From IMG/VR virus record IMGVR_UViG_3300015263_000944, positions 171,395-235,394 of that record: a stretch of DNA of 64,000 nt; one strand, written 5' to 3'. This document shows positions 38,366-47,638 of this stretch, one piece after another; positions within the stretch are counted from its first letter, which is position 1; the number at the start of each line of letters is the position of its first letter. A program made the position numbers and the translations under genes. The DNA is from a virus. Below the pieces are notes generated by a model that had not been told where the DNA came from, did no database searches, and worked only from the letters and a program-made list of their open reading frames with translations.

Positions 38366-39112
38366 ATGGGACTATTCCAAGAATACATGGATGCCAAAGG
38401 ACAGGTGAAGAAGCCTGTCGTTGACATTCATGGAGGCAAACCGACGCCAGCAACACCGCCGACCAAACCGCCCAAAGAACACGGAAACGCTCCGTACATC
38501 GCCAAAGGCGAAAAAGGCGGAAAGAAAGGGTTCGGCGATCTCGGCGACACAAAGTGTAAGTGTGATGGCAAGGAACCCGCTCCAGCCAAGATTCCAACAG
38601 CCGAACATGCCGAAATTGCAGCGTTGGTTACAGACGTGATGCTGAAAGATGGTGCTCTGGTCGAACAACTGGTCTACCAGTTGAAGAACAAGGGCCTACT
38701 GGGCGTTGTGGTCGCAGAGATGTTGACCTACAAGGAGACGTACCAGCATCTCACAGAAATCATGGCTCACGAATCATATGGTCCCAAGGTTTGCGGCAAG
38801 CTCATTCGTGCCATGAACGAAGAAGTTGCCCCACCACTCAGTGCCAGCCTTGAAGGCGAAGACATTGAGGATGACGCAGACGAAGCCGAGGAAGGCGATG
38901 AATTCGACAATGAATTCTCGGGCGACATGGAAGGCATCGATGATGAAGACATTGACATGCAAGACGCCGACTTCGAGATGGACCCAGCCCAAGCGGCTGA
39001 TCCCTTGATGATGGACCCGACCATGCAACAACAAGCTCCGGGCCAAGCTCCAATGGCCCCGCCACACGGTCAAGCAATGATGCACCTTCAACGTGCAATG
39101 ATGAGACGCTAA
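38366..39112 (+). CDS. Acidic hypothetical protein with CTS-like N-terminus variant (MGLFQEYMDAK) and D/E-rich C-terminal half
   Basis: GGAG RBS; N-terminus resembles T4 MKTYQEFIAE; Lys/Pro-rich then D/E-rich low complexity. Confidence 0.5.
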   Translation: MGLFQEYMDAKGQVKKPVVDIHGGKPTPATPPTKPPKEHGNAPYIAKGEKGGKKGFGDLGDTKCKCDGKEPAPAKIPTAEHAEIAALVTDVMLKDGALVEQLVYQLKNKGLLGVVVAEMLTYKETYQHLTEIMAHESYGPKVCGKLIRAMNEEVAPPLSASLEGEDIEDDADEAEEGDEFDNEFSGDMEGIDDEDIDMQDADFEMDPAQAADPLMMDPTMQQQAPGQAPMAPPHGQAMMHLQRAMMRR

Positions 39113-39333
39113 TGAATTTCAAACAATGGTTCGAAGAGACTGAAGCAGAAGAACATGCAAAGCGTAAGATGCTTGGCGCAAAGCGTTATGCTGCCAATAG
39201 TCGTTCGGATCATCTGGGACGCCCCAAAGGTGCGACTGTGGGAGGGAACCCACGGTACAGGGGAGGCAAAGGTTGGTGGACCAACGTAGGCCCAACCAGA
39301 ACACAGGACAAACGAGATGAACGAGAAGAGTGA
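39112..39333 (+). CDS. Small basic protein with CTS-like N-terminus (MNFKQWFEETE)
   Basis: TAATG start/stop overlap with upstream gene; family motif. Confidence 0.5.
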   Translation: MNFKQWFEETEAEEHAKRKMLGAKRYAANSRSDHLGRPKGATVGGNPRYRGGKGWWTNVGPTRTQDKRDEREE

Positions 39334-39544
39334 CGCACGCCCAGCCACAAAAGATCTTCTCGACAGTATTCGTGGCGTCTTCAAACACTATAGCAAATCA
39401 GCGAGAAGAAAATCGTGGGACGCCCTGATGTCACCGGGTGGCAAGTCCGTCGTCAACAAGTTGATCACCGACCCGAGGGCACCAGTTGTTGGCATCCCAC
39501 GATTGCTCCGTTTCAAAGAATGGATCGAATCACTCGATCAGTGA
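39317..39544 (+). CDS. Hypothetical protein; C-terminus contains the family motif (LLRFKEWIESLDQ)
   Basis: ORF track. Confidence 0.4.
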   Translation: MNEKSDARPATKDLLDSIRGVFKHYSKSARRKSWDALMSPGGKSVVNKLITDPRAPVVGIPRLLRFKEWIESLDQ

Positions 39545-39946
39545 ATCAATCTTCTTCAGATCCTCTTCTGTGAAGTACATCTTGGCACCTAACTTCTTGG
39601 TTGGTCCCGGCAGAAATCCTTCGATGACGTACTTCCTCAAATCGTCATATCTGACATTCAACCAGCGAGCGGCTTCGGCCAGACTGTAAAGCTTGTCTCG
39701 CAAAATGATTCGTCGAGGGACTGGCTTCAATCTCTTTCGGATGGCACACTCTTTACATCTGAAACCACGACTGAAAGCATTCCAACAAGTCATGTTGGTT
39801 TTTCCGCAACCTTTGCAACGATACTTCAACCGTTGCTTGCAACCTCGATACTCTTCTGACAGAAGTTCGCAGTTGGCCTTACGGAAACCCTCTCGGATAT
39901 CGTCAATCGTAAGCTTCGGTCTTCTAACTCTCTTCTCCTTGGGCAT
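39530..39946 (-). CDS. Zinc-ribbon plus MerR/Xis-like HTH DNA-binding protein
   Basis: CKGCGKT...CKEC Cys pairs; C-terminal LYSLAEAARWLNVRYDDLRKYVIEG HTH-like. Confidence 0.45.
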   Translation of the reverse strand: MPKEKRVRRPKLTIDDIREGFRKANCELLSEEYRGCKQRLKYRCKGCGKTNMTCWNAFSRGFRCKECAIRKRLKPVPRRIILRDKLYSLAEAARWLNVRYDDLRKYVIEGFLPGPTKKLGAKMYFTEEDLKKIDSLIE

Positions 39947-40271
39947 GTGATCTGTCCTTGTCAAACACGCCATCTGGATACCGGGCACTCAGCTTCTCGA
40001 CATTTGCATCGATCACCTCTTGAAGTGAACTGCCAATGGTTCGGGCAGCAAATGCCAGATACCACATGCAATCACCCAGTTCCTTGACAGCGACTTCCTT
40101 TTTCAGTTCTTGACCGTGAAACACGACCTTCTTCATATGGTCGGCAAATTCCCCGGCCTCTCCAGCCAAGCCCAGCCCTCCGAGACACAATTGCATTTTC
40201 GGTGTCTCTGTCGATTGAGGTGAGGCCAGTTTCAGCACGAATTCTTCGTATTCGGGTAGTGTCTTCGACAT
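39924..40271 (-). CDS. mazG: MazG-like nucleotide pyrophosphohydrolase
   Basis: LGGLGLAGEAGEFADHMKK and EVAVKELGDCMWYLAFAA match the MazG EExxE/ELGDxLWY motifs. Confidence 0.7.
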   Translation of the reverse strand: MSKTLPEYEEFVLKLASPQSTETPKMQLCLGGLGLAGEAGEFADHMKKVVFHGQELKKEVAVKELGDCMWYLAFAARTIGSSLQEVIDANVEKLSARYPDGVFDKDRSHAQGEES

Positions 40272-40282
40272 CCTTGTCTCCT

Positions 40283-40549
40283 TCAGTACAAAAGTTGTAA
40301 CGCATCAATGAAAACACGCAGAGCGAGGCACAGTATTCCTGTAGCAGCCACCACGACCATCCAGTCAATGATGGTCCACTGATGCCACCTCAAAGATGCT
40401 CGCAGCCCGGTGGCTTCGGCATCGGAGGCGGCGGCAACCGTTTCTCGATCTCTTCCAGTTTTTGAAGTATCTTGATTTGGTTCTTCAAAATCTGGCTGAT
40501 TTGATCGGCGATCAATGTGGGGAAATTCATGGTTGGAACCATTTTCCAT
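40283..40549 (-). CDS. Membrane hypothetical protein
   Basis: C-terminal TM WTIIDWMVVVAATGILCLALRVFI. Confidence 0.35.
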   Translation of the reverse strand: MENGSNHEFPHIDRRSNQPDFEEPNQDTSKTGRDRETVAAASDAEATGLRASLRWHQWTIIDWMVVVAATGILCLALRVFIDALQLLY

Positions 40550-41006
40550 TGAACAAAATCTTGGGGCCTCCCAAGTCTCCTTCGAGCCAGACAGTTTCTA
40601 CTCCTGACTCAGCAAGCATCGTGAATGCGTGTTCGATGGATTCCTTCCAGTGATCCGGCGTTCCATCGAGCATCTTCTTGTGTCCAACCACCTGCCGGAT
40701 GCCAACACTGATGATGGCCCGAGCACAATCCGAACAAGCGAACCACGGAACATACATGGTCGAACCCGGAAGTGGCAGTTGAAGCTTGGCAGCCTTGAAG
40801 ATGGCGTTGCGTTCGGCGTGCTCAATGAAGTTGTACTTCAATGGCCGCTGCAAACGATCATCTGTGACTTTCACTCGATCTGGGAAGCGATTACAGTCTT
40901 CTGCTGTTCCCGCCGAAGTGACAACCACGGCTCCGTTCTGGGTTGATGGGTCAGGGCTTTTCGTAGCAGCCTTGTACGCCATCAACATGTATTGCTGAGG
41001 TGTCAT
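40527..41006 (-). CDS. CDA-fold zinc deaminase (dCMP deaminase-like), second paralog
   Basis: HAERNAI ... PWFACSDCARAI. Confidence 0.7.
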   Translation of the reverse strand: MTPQQYMLMAYKAATKSPDPSTQNGAVVVTSAGTAEDCNRFPDRVKVTDDRLQRPLKYNFIEHAERNAIFKAAKLQLPLPGSTMYVPWFACSDCARAIISVGIRQVVGHKKMLDGTPDHWKESIEHAFTMLAESGVETVWLEGDLGGPKILFNGKWFQP

Positions 41007-41023
41007 CCTTGACTCCTGATGGG

Positions 41024-42433
41024 TTAAGCTGCATCCGCATGTGGGATCGGCTGCAAGCTGTGTCGAATCTTCATCTGCTTACCGCCACGAGCCGGGCTCA
41101 AGAAACGACTGAATCTCAAGTCGTTGATGATTGGCTCCACATCATGCAATCGCAGGCAGTAAGCCACCAGTGAACCGCAAGCCGAACCACGGCCCGGACC
41201 CACGGCTTCTGAGCCATCGCCGAACCCAACAATGCTGGGGCCGACATGGCGAGCTTCATCTGTCATCTGTTTCTGAATCAGGAAGTAGCTGGAGAAGCCC
41301 TTCTCACAGATCAGGTCGTACTCTTCCCGGATGCGGGATGAGTATTCCTTGGTGGCTGGACAACCTCGGGCCTTGAAGCCTCGCAGGGTCTCTTGCCATA
41401 GAAGGTCATCGGCATCTGGAATCTTCGGGAGCTTGATGTCCCTGTCGATCTCAACGCCCTTTGCTTTCTCACAGATGGCGATGGTGTTTGCTTTGGCTTG
41501 TTTGAAGATCTCGTAGTCGATGATGTCTTTGTACTTCAACTCCCACATGGCGTTGAGTTCGTCTTCTGACTTCAGCCACAGATTGGTGTCCTGAAGCTCA
41601 AAGAGATCATCGGCTTGACCGGAATCGATCATGGCCTGCACTTCTTGAATCGTGCGTTTGTTTTGCTGCATCAGCATGAGTCGCTGATTGTGACTGTGCT
41701 CTTTCTTGATCATCGGGAGACCGTACTTCTCGTGTGCCCGAATGAGGAAGGCGTTGTACGGCCCCTGCATCTTCCAGTCGAGCATCATCATTTCAAGGTA
41801 GAAGTTGTCTCGACCGAGCATGTCGATGTAGTATTCCAACATTTGGAATCCCGCCTCATCGCCGCCCTCAAAGAAGGCTGTGGCTATTTCGCTGATGCCA
41901 CAACCACTGGTGAAAATGATGCCTTCCTTGTGTTCTCGGAGAGCATCATGGTTGATTCGAGGGCGATAGTAGTATCCGTGAATCCACGCCCACGACGACA
42001 ACCGAACGAGGTTTTGGTAGCCGATGTTGTTATAGGCAATAGCGAGCAGATGACATGATTTGCGGAAGATCTTCTGCTCTGGTGTTTGGGCTTTCGTCTC
42101 GGCATTGGGATCGCCAAGACTCTTGTAGAACTCAGCCGTATCAGAACGAGTGTTGGATTTGGGCTGCATCCGATTGACATACAACTCGCAACCGAACAGC
42201 GGGTACAAGTTGTGCTTCTCTGCTTGTTCGATCTGCTGGGGAACTGCGCCCATAACCCCGTGATCGGTAATGCAGAGATACTTCTGGTTGATCTCCTTCA
42301 TCCGCTGGGCATACTCCCACACCATGGCAAAGCCATCGAGAAGAGAGAAATCCGAGTGTCGGTGAAGATGCTCAAAGCCCATAATCGGATGGTGCATTAC
42401 TCGTCGCCTTCCTTGGTTCCGTTTTGTTGCCAC
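41024..42433 (-). CDS. dnaE: DNA polymerase III alpha (DnaE-type) N-terminal fragment: PHP domain through start of palm
   Basis: HLHRHSDFSLLDG PHP motif; ends GPGRGSACGSLVAYCLRLHDVEPIINDLRFSRFLSPAR (E. coli [36 protein letters not shown]), then about 20 extra aa and a stop. Confidence 0.85.
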   Translation of the reverse strand: MATKRNQGRRRVMHHPIMGFEHLHRHSDFSLLDGFAMVWEYAQRMKEINQKYLCITDHGVMGAVPQQIEQAEKHNLYPLFGCELYVNRMQPKSNTRSDTAEFYKSLGDPNAETKAQTPEQKIFRKSCHLLAIAYNNIGYQNLVRLSSWAWIHGYYYRPRINHDALREHKEGIIFTSGCGISEIATAFFEGGDEAGFQMLEYYIDMLGRDNFYLEMMMLDWKMQGPYNAFLIRAHEKYGLPMIKKEHSHNQRLMLMQQNKRTIQEVQAMIDSGQADDLFELQDTNLWLKSEDELNAMWELKYKDIIDYEIFKQAKANTIAICEKAKGVEIDRDIKLPKIPDADDLLWQETLRGFKARGCPATKEYSSRIREEYDLICEKGFSSYFLIQKQMTDEARHVGPSIVGFGDGSEAVGPGRGSACGSLVAYCLRLHDVEPIINDLRFSRFLSPARGGKQMKIRHSLQPIPHADAA

Positions 42434-42612
42434 TGTTCAAAGTCGGCCAGCAACGCTGCTGCCTCTTGATCGATCTCTTTGACGGCGGCTTTGTGTTGTT
42501 CATAGAGCTTGCGGAATTCTGCTTGCATCTCTTTCTTCCGCTCATGGAGAGCGGTGATCTTCCCAGAGAAGTTGGCGAATTCGTCACTCAGCAGGTGTGC
42601 CGTTTGCATCAT
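42397..42612 (-). CDS. Small coiled-coil hypothetical protein
   Basis: ORF track. Confidence 0.35.
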   Translation of the reverse strand: MMQTAHLLSDEFANFSGKITALHERKKEMQAEFRKLYEQHKAAVKEIDQEAAALLADFEQWQQNGTKEGDE

Positions 42613-43123
42613 TCATCCTTTCCCAGATGTCGCCCTTCTTCAGCCAGATCCCTTCCGTGGGATCGACGGCGAAGTAGTAGCCTCCCTGTGGCTCATACTT
42701 GGTTATCTTCCATTTCGGGCCACCGGCATCTTCGATGGCCTGATTCATCACTGCCCGTTCAACCATGAACGCATAAGTTTCATCATCGCTGATGACGAGG
42801 TGAACGTGGGCGTCACATTTGGCTTTTCGATAAGGAATGTCCACTGTGTCCCAGCGGAACGGATAACCATTCTTCTCGATCCAATGATCGGCATAGTAGC
42901 CCTTTTCATTGACCTTGATCTCTGGCTCGACTTTCCACTCTTCCCCGCTGGGAAGAATGAAGAGTTGGTCCCAAACCCCAAGTTCGTATCCTTTGCCCTC
43001 TGTCGTGTTCTCTGTAACCAGTTCGGCCTCAAAGACATCACGCATGATTTCGATGGCAACTCTCTTTCCGTGCGGATCGAATTTGTCACATAGTGTTTTG
43101 CTGAATTGTTTGTTGATACCCAT
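42584..43123 (-). CDS. Hypothetical protein
   Basis: ORF track. Confidence 0.45.
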   Translation of the reverse strand: MGINKQFSKTLCDKFDPHGKRVAIEIMRDVFEAELVTENTTEGKGYELGVWDQLFILPSGEEWKVEPEIKVNEKGYYADHWIEKNGYPFRWDTVDIPYRKAKCDAHVHLVISDDETYAFMVERAVMNQAIEDAGGPKWKITKYEPQGGYYFAVDPTEGIWLKKGDIWERMNDANGTPAE

Positions 43124-43159
43124 TTACGAAAGAACTTCCTTGTTCATAGACGCTGGATT

Positions 43160-43843
43160 CTACTCGGTGCTCCTTAAAGAATCAAGGTCAGGATAATCGC
43201 TGCTTCCCAGAATCCCATCTGCCAAACCATAAAAAACGGCTTCTTCGGCTGACATGTACCAATCGACCTCATCTTTAAGTTTGCGGTCAAAAAATTTGTA
43301 TGCCGTATCGTAAGTGGCCGTCTTCTTCCTCTTAAAGAATTCTGCTGTTTCTGAGGAAATGGCTTTTTCGGCAAAGATCTGCAACATACGCTTGCAGGCC
43401 CGCTCTTGGAACTCGGCTTCGTTTTTCAGAGCGTAGGGATGCACCATTGAGCCTCCCGAGTATCCGTGGTGCATCAAGAAGTGGCAGTCTGGCATCATGA
43501 TTCTGAGGTCTGCCGCTTGGAAGATGATGCCGCTCATAGAAGATGTCTGGGAGTATCCCAACATTGTGATCTGGCTGACTGCATACTCGATAGAATTGAA
43601 AACCGCCATGCCATTGTCCCAGCACCCACCGGCAGAGTGGAGATGGACCAAAATGGGTTTGTTGGGCGACTGATCGAGCAAATGCAAATTCTTAATAAAA
43701 GTCGTGGCTTGCCGGTAATCGACTCCCGGTTCTGACTCGTCGTCCTTGACATAGTAGCTGTGAAGGTAGATTTCCCTTCGATTGAGATTCACCTGATGAT
43801 TGTGGATGTCATAAAGAACTTGATCCTTGGACTGACGGGCCAT
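43160..43843 (-). CDS. ClpP-like serine protease (S14 family)
   Basis: ILVHLHSAGGCWDNGMAVFNSIEY (INSPGG-like), catalytic Ser in SSMSG, His in FLMHHG. Confidence 0.8.
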   Translation of the reverse strand: MARQSKDQVLYDIHNHQVNLNRREIYLHSYYVKDDESEPGVDYRQATTFIKNLHLLDQSPNKPILVHLHSAGGCWDNGMAVFNSIEYAVSQITMLGYSQTSSMSGIIFQAADLRIMMPDCHFLMHHGYSGGSMVHPYALKNEAEFQERACKRMLQIFAEKAISSETAEFFKRKKTATYDTAYKFFDRKLKDEVDWYMSAEEAVFYGLADGILGSSDYPDLDSLRSTE

Positions 43844-43922
43844 TTTTCAGCCTCCTCTTGAGTATTCACTAGGCGGACGACGTATTATAAGAAATTCGTC
43901 GCCAAACCTACATACTTATGAT

Positions 43923-44396
43923 ATGAACTTCAAGACTTGGATTGAGAACGAAGCCAGTTTAGGCTCTGGAACCCCAGAAATGGGTGCGATGCCCATGGTT
44001 AATAGGGGGAGCGAAACCCCTGCGTCCGATGCGGTTAAGCAAACTGGCCTCCAACCGCAAGTTGATGCCAAAGAGCTTAAGACAAAATCTCATAAAGAAC
44101 AAGATGCAATGCTCGCCATTGACTCAGAAATCGAGCACATGGACATGCAAATCCCTGCCGGGGACGATTCTGAGACTCCCAAACTGAACCAGTTCAAACA
44201 GCTTTGGGACGCTCTGAAAACAGCTTGGGAAGACATCAAGATGAGCGACAATACGCCCGGCGCAGAAGAGGGTGGTCTCGGCACCAACATGGGCGACCCG
44301 AAGTATCTGGCGATGATGCAGCAGCACCCGAATATGGTCCCCGCAAGCGGCCAAGGTCAGGGACCACATGGTCCGGGCACTTTCGGTCAGCAGTGA
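43923..44396 (+). CDS. Hypothetical protein with CTS-like N-terminus (MNFKTWIENE)
   Basis: Family motif; rest is low-complexity, Gly/Pro/Gln-rich. Confidence 0.5.
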   Translation: MNFKTWIENEASLGSGTPEMGAMPMVNRGSETPASDAVKQTGLQPQVDAKELKTKSHKEQDAMLAIDSEIEHMDMQIPAGDDSETPKLNQFKQLWDALKTAWEDIKMSDNTPGAEEGGLGTNMGDPKYLAMMQQHPNMVPASGQGQGPHGPGTFGQQ

Positions 44397-44722
44397 ACTT
44401 CTGGGAGAATCTGATCCAGATCCCACTTGCCGTTGACTTTCAATTTACGGAAGTCGAAAGTCACAGAAACAACATGGTCAGTGATGATCATGTGATGTTG
44501 TTCCTGTTGCCAGATAATCGAGCCGTTTCTGTCAAGAATCATGCCGCCGCAAACTCTGGCGTTTAGGCCCTCCACATCCCATGTGACGGTTGGGGCCAGA
44601 GGCTTCTCGGTGTTTGGGATCAATACCCAAAGACCTTCGGAGTCTTGATCGAACAAAGCCACCTTGCATCCCTGCAACAGCTTCTTCGCCGCTTTGAAAT
44701 CCTTCAGCCAAGGATTGATCAT
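44387..44722 (-). CDS. Hypothetical protein
   Basis: ORF track. Confidence 0.4.
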   Translation of the reverse strand: MINPWLKDFKAAKKLLQGCKVALFDQDSEGLWVLIPNTEKPLAPTVTWDVEGLNARVCGGMILDRNGSIIWQQEQHHMIITDHVVSVTFDFRKLKVNGKWDLDQILPEVHC

Positions 44723-44724
44723 CC

Positions 44725-45045
44725 TTAGTCTCCCATGATCAGCGATCCGAGATCATCGTCGATGCCAGCAGGCTTGACGTATCCGGTCGCTTCGAGTTTC
44801 TTTTGTGTTCGATAGGCATTCCGAAGACTCATACAACAATCTTCGGCACGATCCCATCCTGCCGTCTTCCAGACATCTTTGAGTGGGCCGACGTTCTGCC
44901 AGCCCTTCTCTGTGAGGTATTCAGCCATCACTTTCTCTTCGGCCTGACGAGCCTCTCGCTTCTTTTCCTTTTGCTTCTCTCGACGGCGGGTCTTAGAAGC
45001 AGGTTCGTTGGCTCGCTTGGCACGTTGCTTTTTGGTTAGTGTCAT
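44725..45045 (-). CDS. Basic hypothetical protein
   Basis: ORF track; K/R-rich N-terminus. Confidence 0.4.
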   Translation of the reverse strand: MTLTKKQRAKRANEPASKTRRREKQKEKKREARQAEEKVMAEYLTEKGWQNVGPLKDVWKTAGWDRAEDCCMSLRNAYRTQKKLEATGYVKPAGIDDDLGSLIMGD

Positions 45046-46643
45046 TTCAGGAAATCCTTCTCATATTGTTCTCTGGACATGATGTGGACATCACTATCCA
45101 TGTTCGGACCATCGCAGACCAAGACGTATTCTTCCCCGTCAAGGTTCTGAGATCCCAGAACAACCACATTCTGCCAGATCATGTGAATTGAAGTGAGAAC
45201 CTCTGTGGCGTACTTGTGGTACAGCGGTCGTCCATCAGCGTAGTGCTGCATGAAGAACCAGCCTTTGCCCAAGTGGTTCGGGTCGGTCAACCTGATGTCA
45301 GGCAAACCGCCATTACAGTAGCGTTGGAGCATCTGTTTCTTGACTTCCTTGAAATCACGAGACGTGATCTTCCACTCGCCCGTTGACATGCGGCGGTAGG
45401 TGTAATACTGCATCTTCTCGGCGAACTCTGGAGTGAAGAATTCGTTGATCAAGGTGTAGTCGTTGTAATACTTCCTGACTTCGAAGACCTTCTCCATGCC
45501 GAGCCCAAGTTTCTTATCCCACTTGGCCTTCTCCCGCATGTTGGTGCATTCTTCCCATTCCTTGCCGAACTTGCCCTTGTTCCATCGATCTTCGATGTCC
45601 AAGAGAAGCTCGAAGCCCAGCTTGTATGGGTTCTGACTCCACTGACCTCCCAAGACTCGCATCTTGTGTTCGGCATAGTGCCAGATACCAGCCGCTTCAT
45701 CGTCCTGTCCGAGTGAGGCAAGGCCCTCCCGACAGAGTAGGTGGTAATCGACGAAACTGGCCCAACCTTCATTGATCATCTTCGTTTGTCGCTGAGGTTG
45801 GAAGTACATGGACTCATCATAGAGCATCGAGATGATGTCTTGCTGCCACGGCTTGAGTGGAGCATTATTCTTCAAGAATCCCATGATGTCTCGATCAGCA
45901 CGACCGAACAGGCCAAGGAATTCCGAAGCTTCTTTCTTCTCAATTCTCTCGTGTTCCTTCTCGATGTACGAGTCGGGGTTGACCCATTCGTCCATGTAGT
46001 CATGAGTGGATTTCAAACGTCTGGGAAAATGGTATTTTCTTTCATCCCTGACATTCTTGTTTTCAATCTTCTTTCGCTTCCATGCCTTCTGAGGATCAAT
46101 GAGCGTTTCGATTCGCATCACATGGTCGATGAACTCTGTGACACGCTCGCCGCCCCAACGCTTCATGTACTGACGAATTCGAGTGCTGTGATTCGCCAGC
46201 TTGTTCATCATGTTTTCGTCAGTCGGCCCAAAGAAAATGTTGTTCTTGAAGAAGTCGTTGTGGCCGATGGCGTGACAGATAACGTCCACGTTGTCTACCA
46301 ACGTGTTCGAGTCCATGCAGTAGATGTAACATGGATTGGTGTTGATCACCATTTCCGAGATACGGTACTGGTTGTATTCGTAACCACGACTCATTTCCTC
46401 ATATTCCATTCCCCACTTCCAGTGTGGGTATCGGACAGGGAAACCGCCGTAGCTGGCAAGCTCAGCCATTTCGTCGTAGCGGACAAATTCAACGATGATG
46501 GGATAGTAGTCCAACCCCATATCCCTGCAAGCCTTCTCCATCTGAGGAAGCAGTTCCTCCACTTCCTTGTGGATCTTCAGACCGGGAATGTTGTTGTCAC
46601 CAACCAGAATTGGTGTCCCGCTCATCATGTTAGATTTTGACAT
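45042..46643 (-). CDS. SpoVR-family protein
   Basis: Full-length similarity pattern to SpoVR/YcgB (about 530 aa; HWKWGMEYEEMSRGYEYNQYRI, CHAIGHNDFFKNN). Confidence 0.85.
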   Translation of the reverse strand: MSKSNMMSGTPILVGDNNIPGLKIHKEVEELLPQMEKACRDMGLDYYPIIVEFVRYDEMAELASYGGFPVRYPHWKWGMEYEEMSRGYEYNQYRISEMVINTNPCYIYCMDSNTLVDNVDVICHAIGHNDFFKNNIFFGPTDENMMNKLANHSTRIRQYMKRWGGERVTEFIDHVMRIETLIDPQKAWKRKKIENKNVRDERKYHFPRRLKSTHDYMDEWVNPDSYIEKEHERIEKKEASEFLGLFGRADRDIMGFLKNNAPLKPWQQDIISMLYDESMYFQPQRQTKMINEGWASFVDYHLLCREGLASLGQDDEAAGIWHYAEHKMRVLGGQWSQNPYKLGFELLLDIEDRWNKGKFGKEWEECTNMREKAKWDKKLGLGMEKVFEVRKYYNDYTLINEFFTPEFAEKMQYYTYRRMSTGEWKITSRDFKEVKKQMLQRYCNGGLPDIRLTDPNHLGKGWFFMQHYADGRPLYHKYATEVLTSIHMIWQNVVVLGSQNLDGEEYVLVCDGPNMDSDVHIMSREQYEKDFLK

Positions 46644-47638
46644 TACTCGGTTCTCCTCCAGATATCATCCACATCATACGAGATATCTGTAATTAACTCA
46701 AGCTCTTCCCGCACTCTTCTTATAGGTTCCGACCAATCTCCTTCGGTCGATTGCCAGAAGAGTTTAACCGTGTCGTACCACATGGTTGTTTTAGAACGAT
46801 CCCACAAAGGATTATCGTCGGATTTCATCAATCCAAAAGTTGGTTTGTTCATGGTGCCTGCCAAATGAAGGACAGATGAGTCTGTCGCAATGACCGCATC
46901 CATGGCGTCGATCAAAATTGCCACGTCGTTGAAATCGTATGTTGATGGCATCAACATTGATTCGGTGTTGGGCAAGGTGTAAATGTTCCATCCCGATTCT
47001 TTAAGGACGGCCATTTGTTCCTCGGGGATTTGTTTGACGTGCAAACCACAAGCGGGCCGATTGGGCTGTATTGCCGCCTCGCCGTGAGGCAGAATCTCTG
47101 GCTGCCAAGGAACTTTGGTCTTCAGAATGACCGATCTGTCGGCGGGATAGTAGTGATCCAACTTGAGGCCACTCAACAGAGCCGGGATGCACATGATGTT
47201 GGTGTGGTAATCGCAAAGGACATGCTGATTGGTGAACTCATCCACGAACCAAACATCTTCCATCAATTTCTTTAAGGCTTCGTAGGCCGAGTAGCAATTC
47301 AGCACGATGCGACATTCCCATTCCCGCTTCAAAGCGGCGAGATATCTAAAGAAATTGATGGTGTTGCCGATGTTGAAGTCCGTGAACACTTCAATGGACG
47401 ATCCACGCAGGGACTCCCCCCGCCAGTTGCGGCCAAAGTGTTTGGAAAGGTCTGGACGTGATGCGCCCAGTGTGTCTGAAACAATCAGGCTGTAGAGTTC
47501 GCCGATGAGTTCGTGACTGGGATCTAATTTGCGGATAACTTCCAACAACTTGACGGCTTTATCGGGCAAGCCGATCCAGTAGTAGTTGTTGACAGTCGCC
47601 AGACCTTGATCAAGATACTGTTTGGAGTCCCGTGCCAT
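46643..47638 (-). CDS. GT9 (heptosyltransferase)-like paralog 3
   Basis: VIATDSSVLHLAGTMNKPTFGLMKSDDNP resembles the heptosyltransferase C-terminal motif. Confidence 0.5.
   Translation of the reverse strand: MARDSKQYLDQGLATVNNYYWIGLPDKAVKLLEVIRKLDPSHELIGELYSLIVSDTLGASRPDLSKHFGRNWRGESLRGSSIEVFTDFNIGNTINFFRYLAALKREWECRIVLNCYSAYEALKKLMEDVWFVDEFTNQHVLCDYHTNIMCIPALLSGLKLDHYYPADRSVILKTKVPWQPEILPHGEAAIQPNRPACGLHVKQIPEEQMAVLKESGWNIYTLPNTESMLMPSTYDFNDVAILIDAMDAVIATDSSVLHLAGTMNKPTFGLMKSDDNPLWDRSKTTMWYDTVKLFWQSTEGDWSEPIRRVREELELITDISYDVDDIWRRTE

Noticed and set aside
41024-42433. Split-intein (trans-splicing) explanation for the divided dnaE
   Set aside because: The N-fragment tail (GGKQMKIRHSLQPIPHADAA) and C-fragment head lack intein blocks (no Cys/Ser-Leu start, no HN-Cys/Ser junction). 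So a plain gene split is more likely, though only an HMM search can exclude a degenerate intein.
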